Below are positions 7,874 to 16,464 of a stretch of DNA of 38,912 bases, one piece after another. The notes under the pieces were generated by a model that worked only from the letters and a program-made list of their open reading frames with translations, was not told the DNA's origin and searched no databases. Made by a program: the position numbers and the translations under genes. Each line of letters opens with the position of its first letter. Position 1 is the stretch's first letter. The DNA comes from an uncultured Gammaproteobacteria bacterium (GTDB lineage: Bacteria; Patescibacteriota; Microgenomatia; Curtissbacterales; GWA2-41-24): the NCBI GenBank assembly GCA_964511055.1, contig CAZEDQ010000001.1, positions 1 to 38,912 of the forward strand, given 5' to 3'.

Positions 7874-9079
7874 ATGTTGCAGAAATTCAAAAACATTTAC
7901 CACTTGGGTCAGGCATTTCTGGCAGCTTTATATTTTAATTTTCCCGCCAAAAGCCTAACTATTATTGGTGTCACAGGTACCGACGGTAAAACAACAACCG
8001 CGAACATGCTTTTTCACATACTCAAAACCTCAGGCCATAAAGTATCTATGGTTTCCACAATTGGCGCCCAAATAGGTTCAAAACAGCTTAATACGGGCTT
8101 TCACGTAACGACGCCAAGCCCATTTCAACTTCAAAAATTATTAAAAAGGGCAGTAGATAGCGGAAGCCGGTATTTTGTTCTCGAAGCAACCTCCCACGGC
8201 CTCGAGCAGAACCGCTTAGCCTTTGTAGATTTTAATATAGCCGTTGTTACTAATATAACCACAGACCATATGGACTATCATAAAAATTGGCAAAATTACT
8301 CAACTGCCAAAGCTAAACTCTTCAAAAATGTCCAGTTTTCAATTTTGAACATGGATGACGAATCTTATAGTTTTTTGAAAGATAGAACATCAGGCAGACA
8401 AGTCGGATACTCAATTCAGAAAAAAGCCTACTTTAATTTAGAAAAATTTCCCTTGAAGTTAAAATTTTGCGAAGAATATAATTTGTCAAATTACCTTGCA
8501 GCAGCTTCCGCAGCTTCACTTTTGGGTGTTCCTAAACCTAAAATTTTATCGGCAATCAGAGAATTTTCCGGGGTAGACGGTAGAATGCAGGAAGTAGATG
8601 CCGGACAAGAATTTAAAGCTATAATTGACTTTGCACACACCCCGAATGCCCTAAAAATGGCCTTAACTGAGCTCAAAAAGAAGAAATTGCCAGAATCAAA
8701 GCTGATTGCTGTTTTTGGTGCAGCAGGGGAGCGCGACAAAACAAAAAGGCCTTTAATGGGGGAAATCGCAGCAAGCCTTGCTGATACATCTGTAATAACT
8801 GCCGAAGACCCTAGAAGGGAAAACCTTGATTCAATAATTGACCAAATAGCTCAAGGGTTCCAAAAGCTCAAAAAGAATATATATACCGATTATTACCGGA
8901 TACCGGACAGGTCAAAGGCAATAAATTTCGCAGTCGGACTTGCCGGACCGGAAGACACAGTTGCCTTTTTTGGCAAAGGCCATGAAAAAAGTATGTGTTT
9001 CGGTAAAAAAGAATACCCATGGGATGAAGTAAGAGAAGTGAAAAAAGCCATAGAGAGGAAAATAAAAAATGGAAAATAA
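7874..9079 (+). CDS. murE: UDP-N-acetylmuramoyl-L-alanyl-D-glutamate--diamino-acid ligase MurE, short form
   Basis: P-loop GVTGTDGKTTT, DHMDYH and GRMQEV. EDPR (8804-8815) sits at the DNPR position with the Arg retained. About 90 aa shorter at the N-terminus than typical MurE. Confidence 0.85.
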   Translation: MLQKFKNIYHLGQAFLAALYFNFPAKSLTIIGVTGTDGKTTTANMLFHILKTSGHKVSMVSTIGAQIGSKQLNTGFHVTTPSPFQLQKLLKRAVDSGSRYFVLEATSHGLEQNRLAFVDFNIAVVTNITTDHMDYHKNWQNYSTAKAKLFKNVQFSILNMDDESYSFLKDRTSGRQVGYSIQKKAYFNLEKFPLKLKFCEEYNLSNYLAAASAASLLGVPKPKILSAIREFSGVDGRMQEVDAGQEFKAIIDFAHTPNALKMALTELKKKKLPESKLIAVFGAAGERDKTKRPLMGEIAASLADTSVITAEDPRRENLDSIIDQIAQGFQKLKKNIYTDYYRIPDRSKAINFAVGLAGPEDTVAFFGKGHEKSMCFGKKEYPWDEVREVKKAIERKIKNGK

Positions 9080-11066
9080 TTTTTCAGCAGTGGTTTTAGC
9101 AGCCGGCCAGGGCAAAAGAATGAAAACAGATCTTCCAAAGGTTCTGCATAAAATTGCAGGCCAAAGCATGCTTGAACGAACAATAAATATACTCGAGAGT
9201 ATAAAACCTACTCAAGTTTCGGTTGTGGTCAATCCTTCGAACATTAATAGTATTCAAAGTGTTTTAAAAGAAAAATGTAAATATGTTACCCAAAAAAAGG
9301 CCCTTGGGACAGCTGATGCCGTTAAGTTAGCTTTAAAGGGGATATCCGAAGAAAGCAAAACGGTTGGAATATTTTACGGGGACGACACCGCTCTATATAA
9401 ACCGGGAACTATTAGGGAAGTATTAAAGCTGCATCAGGAGAAAAAACCAAAAATTACTTTTGTCACAGTTGTTAAAAAAGATCCAACCGGCCTGGGTAGG
9501 ATAATCCGCTCAGGAAACAAAATAAAAGCAATTGTGGAGGAAAAAGATGCAACAGCAATCGAGCTTAAAGTAAAAGAGGTTAACGATGGCATCTATTTTT
9601 TCCAAAAAGAATGGCTTACCAGAAACATCCAAAAACTAATACCCTCAAAGGCAACAGGGGAACTTTATCTTACGGATTTAATTGAACTCGCGCTTAAAAA
9701 TGGCGAAAAAGTCGAGACATATTGCCTCAAAGACGACCGGCAATGGCACGGGATAAACAACATATATGAGTTGGCACAAGCAAACCTTAAAGTTTCAAAA
9801 AACATCCATTTTATGGGAATATCCGGAGCGGGGGCTGCGGCTGTTGCCGGGATTTCCAAAGCCTACGGATACAACGTCAGCGGCTGCGATTTTAATACAA
9901 AAAGTCCTTATAGCGAAAGCCTAAGAGTGCCAATTCAAAAAGGGCATAGCCCAAGCCATTTAAAAGACGTTGCCCTTCTTGTGGTTTCTCCTGCTGTTTT
10001 AATTTACGGCAAAGATAACAATGAAGAAATAGAAGAAGCAAAGAAGCAGGGCATCCCCGTAATCACATGGCAGGAATTTCAAGGGAAAATCTTACAGAAA
10101 GAAAAGTTTGTTATAGCCGTGGCGGGTGCTTATGGCAAATCCACAACTACCGCTATGATTTCCAAGATTTTAATAGACGCGGGCCTTGACCCTACCTGTG
10201 AGGTGGGCGCAAATGTCCTGGAGTGGGGGAGTAATTTCAGGTTAGGTAAATCCAAATATTACATTTGTGAAGCAGATGAATATTTTAATAACTTTCTGAG
10301 CTACACTCCAGACATTTCGGTCATTTTAAATATCGCCTGGGAGCATCCCGATTTTTTCAAAACGGAAAACGATCTGGTCAACTCCTACATAGAATTTGCA
10401 AAAAAGACGAAGCAAAACGGTAAGTTAATAATCTCGCCCGACAAAGGCAATATTGAGTTTATAGAGAAACTATCGAATGAAACAAACCTGATTAATGTTG
10501 AGAAGTTTAATGCGGATGGCCTTATGCTCATTGGTGATTTCCGCAAAGAAAATGCCGATTTTGCGCTGACGGTAGCAAAGGTTTTAAATCTTGATCTCGA
10601 AAAAGCCATCTCATCCGTCAGGTCATTTTCCGGCCTTGCCAGAAGGTTGGAACATAAAGGTGCTGTCCGGGGAGTGCAATTCTATGACGATTATGCCGTC
10701 CAGCCGTATACGATAAATGCTACTGCCAATGCCCTGAAGGATAAATTCAAGGATAAAAAACTTTTACTGGTCATAGAACCTCACATGTATTCAAGGGTCA
10801 GCCGCTTTTTTGAAGACTTTGTCAGGGAAATAAGAAACACCAGGGCAGATACTATATACATAACCGATATTTTCGCCGCAAGGGAAAAAAGTAGAGGTAA
10901 TAACCTGTCAAAACAGCTGGCTATGCAAATTGGGCAAAAAGCAACATACGCAGGAAGCATCGAAAAAACAGCAGGTCTTATTGCCCAAAACCTGGAAAAA
11001 TTCAATATCGTTTGTTCAATGGGCGCTGGTGATGTATACAAATTGTATGATCTCGTAAAAAAATAA
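9069..11066 (+). CDS. murC: fusion protein: GlmU-like sugar-1-phosphate uridylyltransferase domain (aa 1 to about 240) plus UDP-N-acetylmuramate--L-alanine ligase MurC (about aa 245-665)
   Basis: The N-terminus has LAAGQGKRMKTDLPKVLH, ALGTADA, YGDD and ELYLTD. The C-terminal part has HFMGISGAGAAAVAG and AGAYGKSTTTAM. It is a single uninterrupted 665-codon ORF. Confidence 0.85.
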   Translation: MENNFSAVVLAAGQGKRMKTDLPKVLHKIAGQSMLERTINILESIKPTQVSVVVNPSNINSIQSVLKEKCKYVTQKKALGTADAVKLALKGISEESKTVGIFYGDDTALYKPGTIREVLKLHQEKKPKITFVTVVKKDPTGLGRIIRSGNKIKAIVEEKDATAIELKVKEVNDGIYFFQKEWLTRNIQKLIPSKATGELYLTDLIELALKNGEKVETYCLKDDRQWHGINNIYELAQANLKVSKNIHFMGISGAGAAAVAGISKAYGYNVSGCDFNTKSPYSESLRVPIQKGHSPSHLKDVALLVVSPAVLIYGKDNNEEIEEAKKQGIPVITWQEFQGKILQKEKFVIAVAGAYGKSTTTAMISKILIDAGLDPTCEVGANVLEWGSNFRLGKSKYYICEADEYFNNFLSYTPDISVILNIAWEHPDFFKTENDLVNSYIEFAKKTKQNGKLIISPDKGNIEFIEKLSNETNLINVEKFNADGLMLIGDFRKENADFALTVAKVLNLDLEKAISSVRSFSGLARRLEHKGAVRGVQFYDDYAVQPYTINATANALKDKFKDKKLLLVIEPHMYSRVSRFFEDFVREIRNTRADTIYITDIFAAREKSRGNNLSKQLAMQIGQKATYAGSIEKTAGLIAQNLEKFNIVCSMGAGDVYKLYDLVKK

Positions 11067-12071
11067 ATGGATAAGTTTGAACAGTTCAAAAATATAATAG
11101 GCCCACTCAGGGTTTTTGAAGACGAGGCTCTCTCAAAACATACCTATTTTAAAATCGGTGGGCCTGCCAAGTTATATTTTGAAGCAAAAACAATTGACGA
11201 TTTTAAACTCGCGCTGGCAACAGCCAAAAAGCTTGGTATTCCATATGTTGTTTTAGGCAGCGGGGCAAATGTCCTTGTTTCCGATAAAGGTTTTAATGGA
11301 TTGGTGTTGAAAAATAAAGTAGACGATGTAAAACTGGTAGGGATCAAAGGAACACTAACCAAAGAAGGGAAAAATGTTAATAGCGCCCTCGTTTGCGCGC
11401 AGTCGGGCACGCTTATGAACCGCTTGGCAAGGTACAGCATAGACCAGGGGCTAGAAGGGTTGGAATTTCTTCTTTCCGTACCAGGTACTGTTGGCGGTGG
11501 CTTAAAAATTAACGCCCATTTTGAAGTTGAAAGGGGCCAGTTTATAGGAAATAAATTGGCAACGGCCACACTTTATGATCCCGAAACCGGTGATATCAAA
11601 AACGTTAACCGGGACTATTTTAATTTTTCATACGACTATTCCAAACTTCAGGAAACCGGTGAAATTGTCATAGATGCAACATTCAGACTGGATGTAACAG
11701 AAGACAAAGAAAAACTCTGGCAAGTCGCCATGGAAAATGTTAAGAGAAGAAACGAAGAGCAGCCAATAGGAGTAGCCTGTTCCGGTTGTATTTTCCGAAA
11801 CATTTCCCAGGAAGATGCAATGAGATTGGCAACACCCAACCTTACGACTTCAACAGGCTACATTATAGAAAGCCTTGGCCTGAAAGGAACAAAAATTGGT
11901 GGGGCTGAAATTTCTGAGCATCATTCAAATTTTATCTTGAATACAAACGCTGCTACGGCAGGCGACGTGCTAGAATTAATTAAATTGATTAAAGAAAAAG
12001 CAAAAAACACGTACGGGTTAAATTTAAAAGAAGAAATTTTTAGAATAGGGGATTTTGAAAATAATAATTAG
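11067..12071 (+). CDS. murB: UDP-N-acetylenolpyruvoylglucosamine reductase
   Basis: FKIGGPA and LGSGANVLVSD FAD-binding motifs; 334 aa. Confidence 0.9.
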   Translation: MDKFEQFKNIIGPLRVFEDEALSKHTYFKIGGPAKLYFEAKTIDDFKLALATAKKLGIPYVVLGSGANVLVSDKGFNGLVLKNKVDDVKLVGIKGTLTKEGKNVNSALVCAQSGTLMNRLARYSIDQGLEGLEFLLSVPGTVGGGLKINAHFEVERGQFIGNKLATATLYDPETGDIKNVNRDYFNFSYDYSKLQETGEIVIDATFRLDVTEDKEKLWQVAMENVKRRNEEQPIGVACSGCIFRNISQEDAMRLATPNLTTSTGYIIESLGLKGTKIGGAEISEHHSNFILNTNAATAGDVLELIKLIKEKAKNTYGLNLKEEIFRIGDFENNN

Positions 12072-12084
12072 CTAATAACTAAAA

Positions 12085-13341
12085 ATGGCAAAACTGGAAA
12101 TAGAAGGCGCAAAAAAGTTATCCGGCAAAGTCCATGTCGCCGGCAATAAAAATTCGGTTCTGCCGATTATGGCCGCCTGTATCCTGACCAAAGAAACTTG
12201 CGTAATCGAAAACGTCCCCAATATCTCGGATGTCGTGACCATGGCAAAACTTATGGAAATCTGCGGGGCAAAAATTGAAGGTTTGGGAACCCCGACACTT
12301 ACAATAAGTTGCAGGGAAATCAAATCGGCCCACCTTCCCCGGGAACTCACCCAAAAACTGAGGGCATCTGTGCTTTTAGTCGGGCCAATGCTTTCAAGGG
12401 TTGGTGAAATTAAGATGGGATACCCCGGCGGGGACGTCATAGGCAGAAGACCACTGGATTCACATTTCCAGGTTCTTGAAGCAATGGGTGCCAAAATAAA
12501 AGCAGACGGCCAGTCATTTCAGGCCCAGGCACCCAAACTAACCGGTAAAAACATTTTTCTTATTGAATGCTCGGTTACGGCTACCGAAAATGCCCTAATG
12601 GCTGCAAGTTTAGCCGAAGGTGAAACGGTTATTAGAAGGGCGGCTTCCGAACCTCATGTAGTGGACCTCTGCAACTTTTTAGTCAAAATGGGGGCCAAAA
12701 TTGAAGGCATTGGCACAAACGTTCTCAAAATAACCGGGGTGGAAACACTGCTTGCGGCAATCCACGCAGTCAGGCCCGACCATATAGAAGTTGGGACGTT
12801 TGCAATTCTATCAGCAGTCGCAGGGGAAAAAATAGAAATATCTCCGGTTGTTGAGGAAGATTTGGACATGATACTCACAATCCTTTCCAAATTTAACGTT
12901 AACTATAAATTGGAAGGGGATAAGCTCATGGTTAGCGGCGGTAAACTGAAGGCTGTTGAAAAAGTCGTAACCGACGTCTGGCCGGGCTTCCCGACCGATT
13001 TAATGGCCCCGATGATAGTACTTGCAACTCAGGCTGAAGGAGTCACAATCCTGCATGACTGGATGTATGAATCGCGCATGTTCTTTGTGGACAAGCTTCT
13101 TTCCATGGGTGCAAAAGTCGAAATTGCCGACCCCCACCGCGTATTTGTTTACGGACCAACCAGGCTTCACGGCCAAAAACTGGATACGCCGGACATTAGG
13201 GCGGGGATAGCCCTTGTTATAGCAGCGCTCACTGCAGACGGCAAAAGCGAAATCGACAAATCGGAACTGATAGAAAGAGGTTACGAAAACATCGTCGAGA
13301 GGCTTTCTTCAATCGGGGCTAAGATCAAAAAAATCGGTTAG
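12085..13341 (+). CDS. murA: UDP-N-acetylglucosamine 1-carboxyvinyltransferase (Asp in place of the active-site Cys)
   Basis: GNKNSVLP, the loop YPGGDVIGRRPLD and a length of 418 aa. Asp117 is encoded at 12433-12435. Confidence 0.93.
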   Translation: MAKLEIEGAKKLSGKVHVAGNKNSVLPIMAACILTKETCVIENVPNISDVVTMAKLMEICGAKIEGLGTPTLTISCREIKSAHLPRELTQKLRASVLLVGPMLSRVGEIKMGYPGGDVIGRRPLDSHFQVLEAMGAKIKADGQSFQAQAPKLTGKNIFLIECSVTATENALMAASLAEGETVIRRAASEPHVVDLCNFLVKMGAKIEGIGTNVLKITGVETLLAAIHAVRPDHIEVGTFAILSAVAGEKIEISPVVEEDLDMILTILSKFNVNYKLEGDKLMVSGGKLKAVEKVVTDVWPGFPTDLMAPMIVLATQAEGVTILHDWMYESRMFFVDKLLSMGAKVEIADPHRVFVYGPTRLHGQKLDTPDIRAGIALVIAALTADGKSEIDKSELIERGYENIVERLSSIGAKIKKIG

Positions 13342-13376
13342 AAAAAGTTCAGCTCGTGCATAAGTACACCTATAGT

Positions 13377-13405
13377 TTGTAGGGTTGGCTTACATAATGT
13401 ATAAT
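13377..13405 (+). promoter_or_regulatory. putative internal promoter TTGTAG-N17-TATAAT upstream of murF
   Basis: -35 at 13377-13382 and -10 at 13400-13405. The ATG is 19 nt downstream, with no SD. Confidence 0.4.
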
Positions 13406-13424
13406 CTCACTTCAATTTAAAAAC

Positions 13425-14624
13425 ATGCAGCCAAAAGTATACAGTGAAATACAAGGCTGGAAGAAACCGCTTCATTTAGTGCGGGCAGGCTTAGCAAAAC
13501 GTTATTTAAGATTATTCCCGTCGGTTCAGGTAATCGGTATTACCGGTAGTGTCGGCAAGACCCTCACGCAAAATGCCGTTTATAAAGTTTTATCCCAAAA
13601 ATACAATTGCATTGCAGGGGAAGAAAATCTTGACCCTACTTTCAGAATCCCCCGCACGGTATTAAGGCTCAAGCCCTGGCACAAATTTTTAATCCTGGAG
13701 TATGGTGTTGAGCACCCCGGGGACATGGACTATTACCTTTCTATCGCAAAACCCAACATTGCGGCAGTCACAAACATTGCCCAAACTCACACCAAGTATT
13801 TTAAAGACACGGCCGGTGTTTTTCACGAAAAGTCAAAGTTAATTAAGGCATTGCCGGCCTCTGGTTATGCAATCCTAAATGCCGATGACCCAAATAGCGC
13901 AAAATTACAAGACCAAACAAAGGCAACGGTAATTTGGGTCGGGAAAAATGCCAAAAAAGGCGTGAAAATTTCCAATTTCAAACAAAACCTAAACGGCTCC
14001 AGCTTCCGACTGCACTACAAAGGGCAAATTGCCCATGTTTCATGGAAAATTATAGGCGCCCACCAGCTTCTGGCAGCCTTCATTGCTGCAACAGTCGGCA
14101 TTTTAAACGGCATGACACTAAAGCAGATTGCAGCCGGCCTTTCCACGGTGAAACCTCCGATGCATCGGCTGAGTCAGATTGTTACAAAGCATGTAAATAT
14201 AATAGACGACACTTATAATTCCTCTCCAAAAGCGGCAATCGAATCAATAAATACACTAAGAATAGTCGGCAAAGGGCTGAAAAAAATCGCAGTCTTGGGG
14301 GAAATGAAAGATTTAGGTGAAGTCTCCGCAACCGCACACGCGACGGTCGGTGAGGCAGTCGCCAAAAATAAAATCAATGTTTTGGTTGTAGTTGGAAATG
14401 CAGCAAAAGATATAGTAACGGCAGCCAGAAAAAAATCATTTAAAGGTAAAATCATAAGTGTTTCTTCAACAAAAGAGGCACTTAAGGAAGCAAAAAAGCT
14501 CGCCGGTAAAAAATCGGTAATTCTGGTTAAAGGTTCACGCCACACCCATCTGGAAAGGGTTGTTTTAGGCTTGATGCACAAATCAACCCACATTACCTGC
14601 TACCACTGCGGCAAGCTAAAATAA
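13425..14624 (+). CDS. murF: UDP-N-acetylmuramoyl-tripeptide--D-alanyl-D-alanine ligase MurF, short form
   Basis: GITGSVGKT, IDDTYNSSP and GEMKDLGE. It lacks most of the usual N-terminal domain. Confidence 0.85.
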   Translation: MQPKVYSEIQGWKKPLHLVRAGLAKRYLRLFPSVQVIGITGSVGKTLTQNAVYKVLSQKYNCIAGEENLDPTFRIPRTVLRLKPWHKFLILEYGVEHPGDMDYYLSIAKPNIAAVTNIAQTHTKYFKDTAGVFHEKSKLIKALPASGYAILNADDPNSAKLQDQTKATVIWVGKNAKKGVKISNFKQNLNGSSFRLHYKGQIAHVSWKIIGAHQLLAAFIAATVGILNGMTLKQIAAGLSTVKPPMHRLSQIVTKHVNIIDDTYNSSPKAAIESINTLRIVGKGLKKIAVLGEMKDLGEVSATAHATVGEAVAKNKINVLVVVGNAAKDIVTAARKKSFKGKIISVSSTKEALKEAKKLAGKKSVILVKGSRHTHLERVVLGLMHKSTHITCYHCGKLK

Positions 14625-14641
14625 GATATAATAAATAAAAT

Positions 14642-15673
14642 ATGGCTCAGATTTTAGGCTTAATTCTTCTCTCCTTTTTTGTAATCAGCATTCTATTGGT
14701 CCCTTACATAAACCTTCTTTATAAGATCAGGTTCATCCGCCAAAAACAAAAGACCAAAGACATGTTTGATGTCAGGACGCCGATTTTCGACAGGCTTCAC
14801 GGTCATAAAGCTGGTACACCAGTTGGTGGCGGGGCACTTATAATTCTCGTCGTAACAGTCCTTTATTTGGTAATAACATACCTCAATCCACACATGGGAA
14901 TTTCACGGACATCCGTATACCCTTTTAAAAAAGAAGTAGAAATTTTATTGTTTACGTTTATTTCATTCGGCGCGCTTGGGCTAATGGACGACCTGAGAAA
15001 GACTTTCGGCTTCAACCGTGCCAAATTTTGGGGACTTCGCTTCAGGTTTAAATTCATAGCCCAGTGGATTTTGGCGTTTATTATTGCATCGATGCTCTAT
15101 TTTAATTTGGGGATCTCAATTGTAAACGTCAGGTATTTCGATATTTTTAACTTAGGAATTTTATATATCCCGTTTGCGGCCTTTATCATTGTTTCGTTTA
15201 CAAACGCCGTAAACATCTCCGACGGCCTGGACGGTTTGGCAGCTGGCCTACTGGTTATTTGTCTTATTGCCTTTCTTGTCATGTCGGCTTCGATATTAGA
15301 CACAACGCTTTCCGTTTTCTTGGGTTTGTGGATCGGAGCGCTAATCGCATTTTTATATTTTAATATCTGGCCGGCAAGGATAATTATGGGCGATGTCGGC
15401 GCGCTTTCTTTCGGCGCCACCCTGGCGGTTACCGGCCTCCTCTTGGGGAAACCTTTGGGCTTGGCAATTATAGGCGGTATGTTTGTTCTGGAAATCACAT
15501 CGTCTTTGGTCCAAATACTTTCAAAGAAGATCCGCCACAGGCGGGTTTTTGATGTAGCCCCAATCCACCTTTGGGTTCAGCATAAAGGGTGGCAGGAACC
15601 AAAAATTGTATTCAGGTTCTGGCTGGCACAGGTAATATTTGCAATTTTCGGTTTGTGGCTCTCACTGTTTTAG
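14642..15673 (+). CDS. mraY: phospho-N-acetylmuramoyl-pentapeptide transferase
   Basis: Polytopic membrane protein with NAVNISDGLDGLA and MGDVGALS motifs. Confidence 0.93.
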   Translation: MAQILGLILLSFFVISILLVPYINLLYKIRFIRQKQKTKDMFDVRTPIFDRLHGHKAGTPVGGGALIILVVTVLYLVITYLNPHMGISRTSVYPFKKEVEILLFTFISFGALGLMDDLRKTFGFNRAKFWGLRFRFKFIAQWILAFIIASMLYFNLGISIVNVRYFDIFNLGILYIPFAAFIIVSFTNAVNISDGLDGLAAGLLVICLIAFLVMSASILDTTLSVFLGLWIGALIAFLYFNIWPARIIMGDVGALSFGATLAVTGLLLGKPLGLAIIGGMFVLEITSSLVQILSKKIRHRRVFDVAPIHLWVQHKGWQEPKIVFRFWLAQVIFAIFGLWLSLF

Positions 15674-15674
15674 G

Positions 15675-16457
15675 ATGCAAAGTAAAAGACCAATAGGTAT
15701 ATTCGATTCCGGTGTAGGCGGGCTTTCTGTCCTCAAAGAAATTAAAAAAAACCTCCCAAGTGAAAACCTGATTTTCTTAGCCGACCAAAAAAACGTCCCT
15801 TATGGCCTAAAAACCCAAAAGGAACTTGAAAAAATCACGGAAAGGATTACCAGGTTCCTTTTAAAATACGACATCAAAATGTTGGTTATCGCCTGTAACA
15901 CTGCTACCTGTTATGCACTCTCATACCTCAGGGAAAAATTTAATATTCCCATAATCGGCGTTGTACCTGCCATAAAGCCGGCTGCTCAAAAAAGCCGCAA
16001 ATTTAAAATTGCCGTAATGTCTACCCCGGCAACAGCAAATAGTGCTTATCTGAAAAATCTCATAAAAGAGCATGCGGGCAACATGGAGGTTTTGAGGCTC
16101 GGTTGTGAAGGCCTTGAGGATTCGATCGAAGAGCTCGATTACCAAAGAATCGAAGCCAGTCTTCCCGATTATGTTTCAGAGATTAAAGTTTTTGGCGCGG
16201 ATGTTGTGGTTTTGGGCTGTACCCATTATCCACTCATAAAAGACAATATCAAAAAATCCCTAGGCACTGGTATATCTGTTATCGACTCATCTCAGGCAGT
16301 TGCAAACAGAGTCCATTATATTCTTGCCGAAAATGAAATGCTTTCCCGCGAAAAGCTCTCCGAAACTTATTACACTACTGCCGATGCCTTAAAGTTCTCG
16401 CAAGTTGCTTCGGTTCTACTAAATTGTGATGTAATAGCCCAAAAAGCAATTATTTAA
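15675..16457 (+). CDS. murI: glutamate racemase
   Basis: IGIFDSGVGGLSV, ACNTA and GCTHYP. I chose ATG 15675, just after the mraY stop, over the overlapping upstream extension. Confidence 0.9.
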   Translation: MQSKRPIGIFDSGVGGLSVLKEIKKNLPSENLIFLADQKNVPYGLKTQKELEKITERITRFLLKYDIKMLVIACNTATCYALSYLREKFNIPIIGVVPAIKPAAQKSRKFKIAVMSTPATANSAYLKNLIKEHAGNMEVLRLGCEGLEDSIEELDYQRIEASLPDYVSEIKVFGADVVVLGCTHYPLIKDNIKKSLGTGISVIDSSQAVANRVHYILAENEMLSREKLSETYYTTADALKFSQVASVLLNCDVIAQKAII

Positions 16458-16464
16458 AACTATT

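Noticed and set aside
12072-12494. 140-aa minus-strand ORF antisense to the 5' part of murA. Many similar antisense or alternate-frame ORFs appear in the track, for example 134-370, 1648-2058, 11144-11569, 15097-15498, 18532-18867 and 22075-22377.
   Set aside because: These lie entirely inside strongly supported conserved genes, have low-complexity Ser/Pro/Thr-rich or odd compositions, and show no start signals. They are typical shadow ORFs.
15639-15674. Upstream extension of murI overlapping the end of mraY.
   Set aside because: The conserved racemase N-terminus (RPIGIFDSGVGG) begins right after ATG 15675, and the extension merely reads through the mraY 3' end.
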